The notes below the pieces were generated by a model. It did not search any database. It had not been told where the DNA came from and was given only the letters and a program-made list of their open reading frames with translations. This document shows positions 42,676 through 54,740 of a stretch of 64,000 bases of DNA, piece after piece. Position numbers and translations under genes: made by a program. Positions within the stretch are counted from its first letter, which is position 1. Every line of letters starts with the position of its first letter. Origin of the DNA: Octopus vulgaris (lineage: Eukaryota); NCBI GenBank assembly GCA_951406725.2, contig OX597814.1, positions 38,130,001-38,194,000 of the forward strand, written 5' to 3'.

Positions 42676-43330
42676 AGGAAAGAGTTACAGTCTCACCACT
42701 CTTTCTGGGATATTGGGGGATATCTCTTAATCAGAGACGATGTGAGAGAGGGGAGTTATTACGGAAAATGAGATAGGGAAAATAGAGGGAAACAAGAGAA
42801 TGAAAATAGAAATAACATATAGAATATTTAGTTGAAGTTTTATCTTTCGAGTAATGTGGTGTATAACTGTGGTAGAAAAGTTTCCTGTATATGTATTTAA
42901 GTTCCGATAGTGGTTTGTGTTCAGTCATTTCAAAGTATGAAGCCGTGGATTCTATGTTGCCCATTCGAAGGCGTTTGTGGTGTGAATGAATATTGGAGAA
43001 TATATTGGTAGTATTTGTGGATAGAAGTTGGAAAATACGAGGAAGATTGAGAGAAAAACAAAAATGATAAAAGAGTAATGATAATAAAAGAAGAGAAGGA
43101 AAAGAAGAGGCAGAGAGAAGAAAATGAAGGACGACAGAGTGGAGAAAATGAGTGTTAGGTGTTGGTCAAGATAACGTGAGGGTAGGATGGGAAAGGAGTT
43201 GAGGAGTGGTGGATAGGAAGAGATGAGAAGGTAAGGAGTGAATAAGTGTGAGATATGTAGGTAGGGGTGATATGATAGTCTTGTATTAAGGGATGAGTAG
43301 AGAAAAGGTATGGGTTGAGCGATCTAGGTA
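42676..43330 (-). mobile_element. Penelope-like 3' region with a degenerate hammerhead
   Basis: 43260-43325 is homologous to 49150-49215 (CCATACCTTTT..CATCCCTTAATACAA..ATCATATCACCCCTACC). A hammerhead-shaped motif lies at 42690-42738. Confidence 0.6.
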
Positions 43331-43597
43331 TGGATGCATATATACATGTAGAAGTACTCAGACCTGCACATGAATACATACATAAACGCATCTATCCATT
43401 TATATAGACATCTCTACACATACGTATATATATATCTATTCATCCACATACGTATATATATATCTATGATTTCAGAGTGGGTTACTTTCCGCGGTTGTAT
43501 GATGCAATGAAACATTGAAACGTTAAGCCAATACAAGATATAACCTATAACAATGATATTGGTTATATCATTATATAGTGATATAGGTTAAATAAAG

Positions 43598-43632
<35 letters not shown>

Positions 43633-43636
<4 letters not shown>

Positions 43637-43845
43637 TAATCCAAACATGAACGCAAAAAAAAAACACAACAACGCGAGGACGTGGAACAAATATAGTATT
43701 ATTGGACGGTCAGGAAAGAAGGAATGAAGGAGGGTTCAACGTCTCGAGCGGAGCTCTTCGTCGGAAACATAGGAGAAGGAAAGATCCAGAGAAGGGAAGA
43801 CAGAGGAAAAAATCGCCAACGGTACAGACGCGGTCACATTTTGAA
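43633..43845 (-). mobile_element. Penelope-like terminal repeat with a minimal hammerhead motif
   Basis: Minus strand GTTT-CCGACGA-A-GAGC TCC GCTC-GAGAC-GTT-GAAC, flanked by (TA)n. Confidence 0.7.
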
Positions 43846-43867
43846 TCATATATATATATATTTATCG

Positions 43868-44370
43868 ATGGATTCTGAGGTGTACTTTGAGTTCAATTCT
43901 TGTGCAGAATTTCCTTGTCTTGTATATATTTTCTGTGCCACATCTTTCTTTCTTCCTCGGCAGTCGTGCGGGCCTCAAATGTTGTTAGTAACTACATGTT
44001 TGACGATTGATCTCCAGCGTCCTCGATCCTGAACATTTTTCTCCCAGTTCTCGGTTTCAGTATTACATTTCATGAAGTTCTCTTTGAAGTCATTTTTGCA
44101 TCATTCCTTTGGGCTTCCTCTTCTTCGACGAATTCTATATTAATATACACCTATTATGTGTTTGTGGATATAATATCTGTGAATGTGTACACAAGTGTCT
44201 CCCAAGCCATTTACTTCTGAAACCATAATGTGATTTCGTATTGCATCAGAATTGAGGTGGTGTATGAAACCCTAATTTATTTTACGTGATACGTGTTGAT
44301 ACAAACATTGTGGCTGCATGTTGTTACAGCACTTGCTGGGGGAACAAATGCCGTGTTATAAATGTAATTT
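43868..44370 (-). mobile_element. RTE (BovB-like) LINE 3' relic
   Basis: RRRGSPKE*CKNDFKENFMKCNTETENWEKNVQDRGRWRSIV and RKFCTRIELKVHLRIH match the RTE C-terminus (R..G.PK.R.KD.LK..LK.C......WE..A.DR..WR, then a C2H2 finger). Confidence 0.8.
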
Positions 44371-44373
44371 ACA

Positions 44374-46126
44374 TCTATAAAAATTAGGATGTACGCGTGT
44401 GCGTTTGTATGAGTGTGTCTGTACGTGAATGTAATTTATGCACGTCCACAAATTAGCACGCATATCGCTCCAATTTTAGAACATTGGTCACGACCATGGC
44501 TGTGTTTTTGTCAACTTATTTTACCCGAGACACCCGGGGATAGCGGTAAAAATCGATTTCAACGGTTACTTTTACCATTTGCTACGGCGGTGAAATCGGT
44601 AAGTTTACTAACATGAGTTAACTCCCCTGTCTAGCAACGGCAGAAAGGAGAAACAAAGGGAACATTTTTAGATTAACACCCGCATGATTTTCACTAAGGA
44701 AAACTCCGGTTTTTTGCTTGGTAGCATGTACCCTGACTTTCTAATATGCTGCAAATCACTTATCATGGTTCGGAAAAGAGGGGGTAAGGTGAGGGAAGGG
44801 ACTCCCCCATCCCAGAAGCATTGGAATTTTTTTTTTTCGTTGAAGGAACTTCCTGTGACCTCCCAATATACTACAAAACCCGTTTGGGTGTCCGAAAAAC
44901 GGGGTGGTTGTGGAAATGCCGGAAATGTCAACCCCACTCCCATTGATCTTTTCACCCGCACGATTTTCACTAAGGAAAAAAAGGAAAAATCGGATGTTTT
45001 TTTCGTGGAATCAAGTACCCTGACCTTCTAATATGCTGCAAATCCCTTGTTTACTTTCGGAAAATAAAGGGGTTGGTCGCGTGGGGCTCCAGCCCGGAAT
45101 CATCGGAATTTTTTTGTTTAATAAATTCCTGTGACCTAGTATCCTACAAAACTCTTTTTGTTGTCCGAAAAAATCGGGTGGAAGCCTTAGAAAGTTTACC
45201 CACTCCCAACATTTTAGCGTGCAAACCTTCGAGATAACCTCCAATGCAGATCTTCGATGCAGATCTCCGAGGCAACTTTCTGCAATGCATATCTTCGATA
45301 AAGCCTTGACTGGTACTATCCCTAGGATGGGTTAAAAGTAGATCGGGATTAGTCGCTGCTGTTTCGAGTCTCCCAAGCCCACTTGTGCTAGGTTAGGTTA
45401 GGCTTAGTTTAAGGATTAGTTGTGATGCGAACATAACCTCTTCTAACACAGACGATCAGAAGCCTTTTGGGCGTTCTACATTCCTAGCTGAAAGGGCTCC
45501 CTACACGTGGGCCAAGGGGGTTAGATGACGGTGGGGGTTTCGAAAGGGCCGGCATGTGCAATCTGATCACCTCTGCTGGTCAAACTCCTGTCACGACACT
45601 GATTCTGCAGAACTGTGTTGGGTGTGGTCACTAACTTTAAATTATAAATATAGATTTTTCAAATCAGCAATGCTGTGTTCGGTTAAGTCCTGTTTGGAGT
45701 GAAAATCAATGAACTAATTCCGTATGGGGTTTTCCCTGCAATCAGAATGAAAAATCGATAAAATGATTCCTTATTGGATTTCCCATAAAACTTGGCTACA
45801 CCCTATTTTTAACCATAATTTTACCAATTTTGACGTTTATTTGTTCAAAATTGATGCCGGCGTTACTTACGACTCATGGGACCTTTGAATGCCTTAAGTT
45901 CTCAAAAAAAAAAAAGCAATCGATGAGTGGAAAAATTAATAAACTGATTCCTTATGGGATTTTCCAATCAAATTGTCTGCAACTCATCTTCAACCAAATG
46001 TCTACCAATGTCAACGGATTTCGCTGAAATTCCACGTTGGTGTTACTTAATTTGGTTTGAAACAAAGCGCTTGATTATCTTAATAATCTTAACGTTATCC
46101 CCGGCAACGCAGGGCTATACTGCTAG
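44374..46126 (+). mobile_element. Non-autonomous Helitron with both termini
   Basis: 5' end A|TCTATAAAAATTAGGATGTACGCGTGTG. 3' hairpin CCCGGCAACGCAGGG (46100-46114), then 8 nt, then CTAG|T. It sits between A and T with no TSD and contains internal tandem repeats. The 5' end is less certain than the 3' end. Confidence 0.75.
44678..45210. repeat. Two diverged tandem units of about 275 bp inside the Helitron
   Basis: CACCCGCAYGATTTTCACTAAGGAAAA, GTACCCTGAC.TTCTAATATGCTGCAAATC and TTCCTGTGACCT..CTACAAAAC each occur twice, about 275-290 bp apart. Confidence 0.9.
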
Positions 46127-46339
46127 TGGTACAGAATCTCGTTTCTCAAGTAATAAACAGTTTTTATTTAGTCAATCACAAATGTTTCGATATTTGAATC
46201 TACTACCCTGAACATATTACAAAAATTAATATATCACATCTAACAATGAGCTTTAAAGTCACTAGTTGTATTATTATTGTATTTCCACCGCCAATATTTT
46301 ACAAATTTTAGCTAATATTGTTGCAGTCATAATAGTAGA

Positions 46340-46700
<361 letters not shown>

Positions 46701-47271
46701 GTAATACTGATAGCTAAATGGAGTGGATAATTGTAACATAAAAACGTAAATAATACAATGCCAGATATTAAAATGTTACGATTAAAGAGAAATACATAGG
46801 AAATTAATACCAGCGATACAGAAAAATATACTATTCCTATAATGCTTACGGTATTAGTTGAAGATAAATATATTCAAATGAGATTTTGCAAAATCGCCGC
46901 GAGTAGATTGTACTAGTAATATATATTTTGATTACCGACGCCTACATGCGAATGTGGGTAATATTAGTTATTACACTGACAACATCAGATCAATCAAAAA
47001 TCGATTATCATTGATTTATACTATGCACCTAACTTTTCCAATACGACACATCCAGTAATGTTTTACGCGTATCAATTCTAGAAAAGATTGATTTTCTAAA
47101 CTGGCCATCTGTAGCGAGGTGTATGTGACTGCGTACGAGGGAGATAACATGTCCAAGGTAGAATAAATATTGTATGGATTAGTAATGCGCGTCTAGTTAT
47201 ATACAATCTAGCTTATGTACATAAATAACCGAAAATATATACTCGTATATTTGCCTGCATGTTTATGTGTC

Positions 47272-47322
<51 letters not shown>

Positions 47323-49220
47323 ACGTGTATCTGTGCGAGAATGTGTATGTGTGCATATGTATGAAACACTTTGGCAAATGAGGAAATGTAGCTCGCAGGA
47401 AGGCAAGTGCTCTTGAGTTGGGTGACCTTGCTAGAAAGCTTCGAAATGAAGCTGATGTGGCCTAAGTACTTAGTAGAATAATGTGGCCTAAGCACCAATG
47501 TGACATAAGTAACCTGCGGTAAGAAATCTACCATTATATGTATGTGTATGTGAATAGGATTTTATATATAGAAGTATCTGTGAGTTCGCTCTTGTATGAG
47601 TACGAGGAAGTATGTGGTTGCGTTGAGTATATTCTAAGTCTTGATTTTTTTTGCTGGTTCTGAATTAATTTTTTCTCTAATTTCTTCCCACACGAATATT
47701 TTACATATACGCACCTGAGAAACTCACAACTATCATCTTACTTTCTTAGCAGTTTATTTGAATGTACATCTGCTGAAAGAGAACGAAAAGTATTTCAATG
47801 TAATATTTGTATATTATTAGAGAAATTATTCTGATTAATCACCGAAACAAATACGTTTTTAAACTATACAGAAAATCAATATCGATGCACACACACAAAC
47901 GCACATACACATATATATTCGGCTGAGGGAATTTTCTCTGCATGCGTTGGAAAAAGACAGGAAAAACAGCTACAAAGAATGTTTTTGTTGAGATTGGCTC
48001 GACTGAACCAATTAAATAATTTTTTCTCACGCTATATCCGGAAATAATTTTTTTTATATTGCTTCTAACTGATTTATAGTAGCACTGCTCTACTAACCAG
48101 AATCAAATGAATACATATATAAAAAAAGGTTATTTAGAAAATAGCATCTGGTTATTATTATCTTAGGTAGAAGTTATTGCAGACGAAATAAAGAAAATGT
48201 TTGTGTCGGAGTTATTTACTTTGTTTTTGCTTTAATTGACATTACCAAATAAGACGAGACATAAAGTTCAATTTATCTTCTCTCTCTAAAAGGTTAGCTT
48301 TATCAGCATCATTTCCTGACACTGAATGAAGGAACAATAACAGAAAGCAATTACCGGACGTTTTCCATTTAATCTTCCTGACGTAAAAAGGGAGGAACAA
48401 ATAGAGAAACAAACGAAGGAAAGAAGGCGGAAAGAATGATAGAAACTCACAGAAATGGTATAATAAAAGTAATTTTCGACAAGTCTGCAAAAAGTATGTG
48501 TAGACAATGTTTGAAAGACCAACATACATTTTATTGGCTTTAAACTTTATTTCATTTGTATAATTAATCTGATTAGATTGTTAATTAAATAGCTTTATAT
48601 TGGTAAATACTTAAAAGCAAAACTAAAATATCAGAATTGATTGAGTGCCAAATAATTTTTCAGTATTTCTGTATATTTTTTTTAACACATACAAGTATAT
48701 GAGGATATGACCTAGATGGCTAAGCATGAATTTTTTAAAAGTAAAATAGAAAATTAAACAAAACACGAAGCTGGCACATATAGAGTGATTTTTGCTTATT
48801 TTTTTATATCACCCTTCAAACATTTGCCAAATAGCTGGGACTCAAATATCTCAAAATTCTGTACTACTTCTGCAGTCTGTCAAGAATCTGTATTAACGTC
48901 TACGGAAATGTTCACTGTCACATTTATAATGTAATGATAAATGCAAATTTTTATCAGAATATATCCCTTTGCTCTTTCGCTGCATGGAGCATAAGAGGGA
49001 AAATGTCTATTAAAATAGTCTTATTACACACAATCACACACATACAGATACACTCGCAAAATTACATGTACAATTACGCGCGCGCGCAGATATTGCTATA
49101 TATACTGTCCCTCCCAGACGCCATCTGTGTTCATTTAGTTACTTTAGCATCACTCCACCCATACCTTTTTTCTTCCCATCCCTTAATACAACCCAATCAT
49201 ATCACCCCTACCCACACATA

Positions 49221-49845
49221 CATAGGTTAGACAAAATAACGGAAAAACCTAGCATCATAGCATTATGATTTTAAAATATCTATAAAATCGTGAAAACCTT
49301 ATTTCTATGATTTTTTTATTTATTATTAGTGTTGCTAAATATGCTTTGCTAAAATTGCTGTTTCTTTTCAGATATCATCAGATAAAGTTAATTAAAATTA
49401 ATTAAAATGACAGCTCTGTCAGACTATCAAAGAGGTCAAATTGTTGGTGCACGTATGGCAGGTGCTAGCGTAACGAAAACAGCCGAAATATTTGGTGTAT
49501 CAAGAAGTACTTTTTCAAAAGTAATAAGAGCCTTTGAGAAGGAGGTAAAATCCACAACGAAACATAACTCCGGAAGAAAACCAAAACTTTCAGATACGGA
49601 CCGTCGGATGCTTACACGAATTGTTAGAAAGGATCGCAAAATTACAACTCCGAAATTTACTGTAGAGCTTAAAGACCACCTCGAGAACCCAGTTTGCACA
49701 AAAACTGTTCCTCCGGGAGGAGCACAAAGCCGGATTTTACGGGAGCGCTGCAATCAGAAAACAACTTTCAAAACAAACGATGCAAAGCGTTTAGAATGGA
49801 GTAAAAACCTACAGAATTGACGCCTAGATCACTGGCAGAATGTGC
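49221..49845 (+). mobile_element. Tc1-like transposon, left TIR plus N-terminal half of the transposase (truncated)
   Basis: TA followed by TIR-like CATAGGTTAGACAAAATAACGGAAAAACC. ORF 49407-49820 gives LSDYQRGQIVG..GASVTKTAEIFGVSRST..SGRKPKLS..DRR.L.RIV (paired-like HTH and GRPR-like linker). It frameshifts and is cut after W..DHWQNVL, just before the first catalytic Asp. Confidence 0.9.
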
Positions 49846-50057
49846 TTTATTTTAATTTATCGTGTTCTTTATCATTCCTTATTCTTTGTATTGAATTTTT
49901 TTAATCACTTCCTGTCTGTATAGCCAGCTCTGGAACTTAATCTATTCTTTGCCAACCATACCTCATTTCCGGTCAATGATTTTGGATACGGCAATTATCC
50001 AAATGCTCTGGCTAATTTTTTTAGAGCGGAACATCACTTCTTTAACAATAGAGTTCT

Positions 50058-50165
50058 TTTACCTGTAGAAATACTTCTACACTGCGGAGTGCACTGTAAT
50101 TCAATGCATTGTTTCTCCCCACCATTAAGCAGCGGTGCAGGATGTGTCGAAACGATCGTTGTGAT
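50058..50165 (+). ncRNA. Degenerate type-I hammerhead ribozyme motif with a long stem II (PLE-type)
   Basis: TAC-CTGTAGA(50063-69)-stem II-GAAAC GATC GTT(50149-60)-GTG. Stem III is the palindrome AACGATCGTT. Confidence 0.6.
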
Positions 50166-50226
50166 AAGCAATGTACCAAGTATGACTTATCTTCATTATC
50201 CAAAGTTCTTAATACATGTGTGTGTG

Positions 50227-50279
<53 letters not shown>

Positions 50280-50356
50280 GTATAAATATATATGTATATA
50301 CATATACATACATACATACACATATATGCATATATATATATGTATATAACTATATA

Positions 50357-50419
<63 letters not shown>

Positions 50420-51378
50420 ATATATGTATATAAATATATATATATATATAGAGGGAGAGAGAGAGGGAGAGAGCGAGAGAGAGATAACTATGTATATATA
50501 CATAGAGATATGTATGTAAATATAAATATTTTTCTATTTATCTGTCTATCGATACTCACACATGCGCACACCGCGCGCGCGCACATGCACACACACACAC
50601 ACACATATCCACGCCTGTGTATATGCGTGTGTTCATACGTATCGGTACATATATGTTTTGTTTATACCTCAGTTTTAAATTAGAAAGTAATTTAGCAGAT
50701 AAATGCTCAAGAACTAATTCTATTTCATTATTATTATAAATGCCATTCAACTAGTTCACTAAATATCTAATCGAATATTTGAAGAATCATTTGATCAATC
50801 AATCAGTTATTGGTCAGAGTATTTTCGTCGCAGTTGGTGATGAGACTGTTGACATGATCTCATCAGTTCTACTTCTGTAGCAAACCAATTTCTCAGTCTT
50901 TTAACTCAGAATATATAATTTACAACACTTAGTTTGTACGTGTATGTGTTCTATATATAACAGTATTCAATTGCTGGTTGTAATAACGTACGGAATATTG
51001 TCTATATGTGTAGACACATTGAACTTGTGTGTCTGTACGTACAGGTACACATGCGCGCATGAAAACACACACATGTGCACAGAGATATATGAATTTGAAT
51101 ATACATGGGAATTGGAGAGTGTGTATATGAGAGTATGAGGATGTGTGACTTCTTATAAATTTTCATAGTCTTTATTCGTTTATCACTGAATAGAGGTTCA
51201 GTATTTTTTCCTCCGTTTGAAATTTTCCCGTATTGGCCATTCATCCATCGTATAGAAACCCAATAGGGCAAATATGTATATACGCATATACGTACATACA
51301 CACACACATATGAATGTGTATATATATATATGTATTTGTGTCTCACTCTCTCTCGCGCTATCTTCACATATACATGTA

Positions 51379-51521
<143 letters not shown>

Positions 51522-51605
51522 TATATATATATATATATATATAAATATATACATATATATATATGTGTGTATATGTGTGTGTGTGTGTATTTATGTATGT
51601 ATATT

Positions 51606-51829
51606 CAGGGTTGGTCAAATGTCACCTGAGAGTAAATCAAACGATATAATTCCAAGATTTCTTTAAATTTAACCACTGAATGAATTTAATAATAGCATCT
51701 AAATATGAAACGTCATGAAAATTGTTCAAACTGAAGTCCTTCGTGAGGGATATATTTTTGCATTCGGGTCAATACAGAATTAAAGATAGTATTTATGGAA
51801 GTTTGCTATGTGACTTTTGGCCAACACTA
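51606..51829. mobile_element. Tc1/mariner-type MITE
   Basis: CAGGGTTGGTCAAATGTCAC and GTGACTTTTGGCCAACACTA form an imperfect 20-bp TIR pair in a TA-rich context. Confidence 0.75.
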
Positions 51830-52254
51830 TATATGTGTATGTGTGTGTGCGCGTGCACTTGTGTATAACAACATTTATTCATACATATATAGATTTATAC
51901 ATGTTTGAATGTACATATATAGTTATATTCATATATCTGACATCTTAAATGCATCCACGGCCTAGAATTATATGTTATGTGGAGCTACGTCCAACAATTA
52001 TAAAGCTACATGATAATCTAACTGAAATTAAGTGCTATTTCTTTCGTTTGTACACATCTTAATACATACATACGTAAATACATACATACATACATACATA
52101 CATACATGCATGCATACATAGAAAGACACATATATACATACATATATGTATGAGTATATGTGTGTAGGTATATATGCATTAAATTATTTATATATGTATA
52201 TATCATAAATGTATGCTATTGAGTGAATAAACAAATATTTAATTTAAAATGCAC

Positions 52255-52429
52255 CTTGCGCATTTTCTGAGATGCATCGGTAGTGATATGTCTGGGGTCT
52301 CAGAGATTGCAAATCTTTCAGAATCAGAGATCCTGATCCAGCCCCCAGGTGGTGTTGCTCCCAACTCGCATCCTGGTAGAAGCAAACTGTTCTCTTTATC
52401 CAAAGCACTACTGCTTGACATAGTATTTC
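52255..52429 (-). CDS. Candidate exon encoding part of an Ig/FN3-type beta-sandwich domain
   Basis: GC-richer unique island. It reads (EILCQAVVLWIKRTVCFYQ)DASWEQHHLGAGSGSLILKDLQSLRPQTYHYRCISENAQG with a phase-1 donor CAAG|GTGCAT at 52255. Possible acceptors are TTTGCTTCTACCAG| (52372) and TTTTCTTTGCCAAG| (52429). Two other frames are also open, so the call is uncertain. Confidence 0.4.
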
Positions 52430-52470
52430 CTTGGCAAAGAAAACATTCAACACGTCAGATGATTGAACAA

Positions 52471-52560
<90 letters not shown>

Positions 52561-53386
52561 TGTGTGCGTGCATGTATGTACTTTTGTATGTATGCATGTT
52601 ATTATGCGTCTTACGGTTTATGGGTCTCTGTTTATGTATTACATAGTTTTTGTTATCTAAGAGTCCATAGTAAATATAGCAGTTTGTTTTACACAACCTA
52701 TTGATATGAGGGAAAGTAATGCTGTTTCGAACTGACCAAAATACACATAAAGATTCAACTGCTGTTAAAGCATAAATCATCTTAGGTGTGAACTGAAATC
52801 ACAAACACATGTATGATACATATCGTGTACACAGTATGATTTAAATTAATAATCTGCTGGCTCAGATAATATGCAATTATTTTCCTTTTTTTTTTGCTGT
52901 TTATATTCGTAGATTTTCTGTATTACGTAACAATTTAATAATCAGATAACTTGCATTCAAATGCAGACGAAGTGAAGATTGATGGATTTGATACTGTACC
53001 AACGTAAAGACGTTGACTGACTGATATGTGTGGTTTCATCTCCGGCACTTAATACTCTGAGTTCAGATTTTATTTCTCGTGTTTTCTTTGCTCTCACTTA
53101 TCACATAGCTAGAAAGTAGTTTTTCGCGATTCGTTCAACATCTGTTAGAAGAACCAAGAAAGATTAAGCAGCATTTTCATACGAATAATTTTTCAGTTGT
53201 TTCAAAAACTTTGAAATATATTGGTACCTGGACAAGGAGATATATCCGTACCAAAATATAGGCGTGGTTCCTTCTAGGTAAAACACGACGTTAATAATAG
53301 AGAGCCAAAGATGATTTTAGTCGCATTCGGAGTTCATAAAATGAAAGCAAAAGGGAAACAACCGTGTGTATATATGTATATATATA

Positions 53387-53464
<78 letters not shown>

Positions 53465-53487
53465 ATTTTCGTGTGTGTGTATACACC

Positions 53488-53818
53488 CTTTTACTCTTTT
53501 ACATGTTTCAGTTATTTCACTGCGGCCATGCTGGAGCACCGCCTTTAGTCTAGCAAATCAACCCAGGACTTATTCTTTGTAAGCCTAGTACTTATTCTTA
53601 CGAACCGCTATGTTGCGACGAACCGCTATGTTACGGAGGCGTAAACATACCAGCATCGGCTGTCAAGCGAATTTGGGGGGATAAACACAGACTCAAAAAC
53701 ACACATGCATGTATATATGCACATGTACATATATACAACGGGCTACTTTCAGTTTTCGTCTACCAAATCCACTTACAAGGATTCGGTCAGCCCGAAGCTA
53801 TAGTAAAAAATACTTTCC
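53488..53818 (-). mobile_element. Family-A SINE lacking its head, with an internal 18-bp duplication
   Basis: Reverse-complement homology to 42187-42585. CGAACCGCTATGTT is repeated at 53601-53632. Confidence 0.88.
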
Positions 53819-53819
53819 C

Positions 53820-54295
53820 CAGTCTCTTCTCACGTGACCGCCGGTCAACTATAGCCTTTCGGCTTCTGACCAGCGCCAGGACAACATCAAATTATTCCTC
53901 TGCCGTAAGGTATTATTTTTCGAATACGCCAGCTAAGTTGAACTGTCTAAAGTCGAAAGACGCCTGTTGTTTTTGTCCTGTTATTATTATTGTTATTGTT
54001 TTTTGTATTTATATTCGTATTACTTTTTGTTTTTTGTATTTATATTCGTGTAACATCGTCCGTTTTTCTGTCCTTGTTTCGGATACATTCGATCCTTTTT
54101 TTCAAGAAATCTAATGCTCGTAGCTTAGTTTTTCCTTGGGGCTGGCCAGATCGGAGCAATTTCAATATTAATGAGCCGAAATTGCGAGGATAATCCGGTT
54201 CTTGACTGAAGATTAGAGGCTTCCAATGACCCGTCCGTTTTTTGTATCGTCTATTTGAATGTTTTACCTTCTTGACCCATTTTGTATTTTTATAT
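53820..54295 (+). mobile_element. Dispersed repeat, probably a PLE-type terminal repeat (family X)
   Basis: Inverse homology to 19440-19790. Ends in (TA)n. Confidence 0.8.
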
Positions 54296-54359
54296 ATATA
54301 TTTTTATACATATATTGCGGCCTACGTACACCTTGTTCTCTTATATGTATGTATATGTA

Positions 54360-54407
<48 letters not shown>

Positions 54408-54417
54408 AGTGCATGTG

Positions 54418-54740
54418 GGTGAAGGCCTGTGGCTGTTGTTAGGGAGTTCAGGTCACGACCGTAATATCATGAGTTCAATTTCCGACAGTGCATTGTGCAT
54501 TTAAACAAGACACTTTATTTCAATTTTCTCCAATACACTCAGCTAGCAAAATTAAGTAGTACCTCTATTTCAAGGGGCTAGCTTTGTCACATACTGCGTC
54601 ATACTTAATCTACCTTATAACTACGTTAAGTGTACACATGTCTGTGTAGTGCTTAGCTACTTCCATTTTAACTTAATGTGCAATCTCTCAAATTGATCGC
54701 ATCAAATGTAACACTCGTCATCGTAACCGACGGAGTGCCA
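54418..54740 (+). mobile_element. Chimeric SINE: tRNA head, CORE-like domain and family-B tail
   Basis: GAGTTCAATTTCC, then CAAGACACTTTTATTCA, then TTTCAAGGGGCTAGCTTTGTCAC..CGTAACCGACGGAGTGCCA. Confidence 0.8.
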
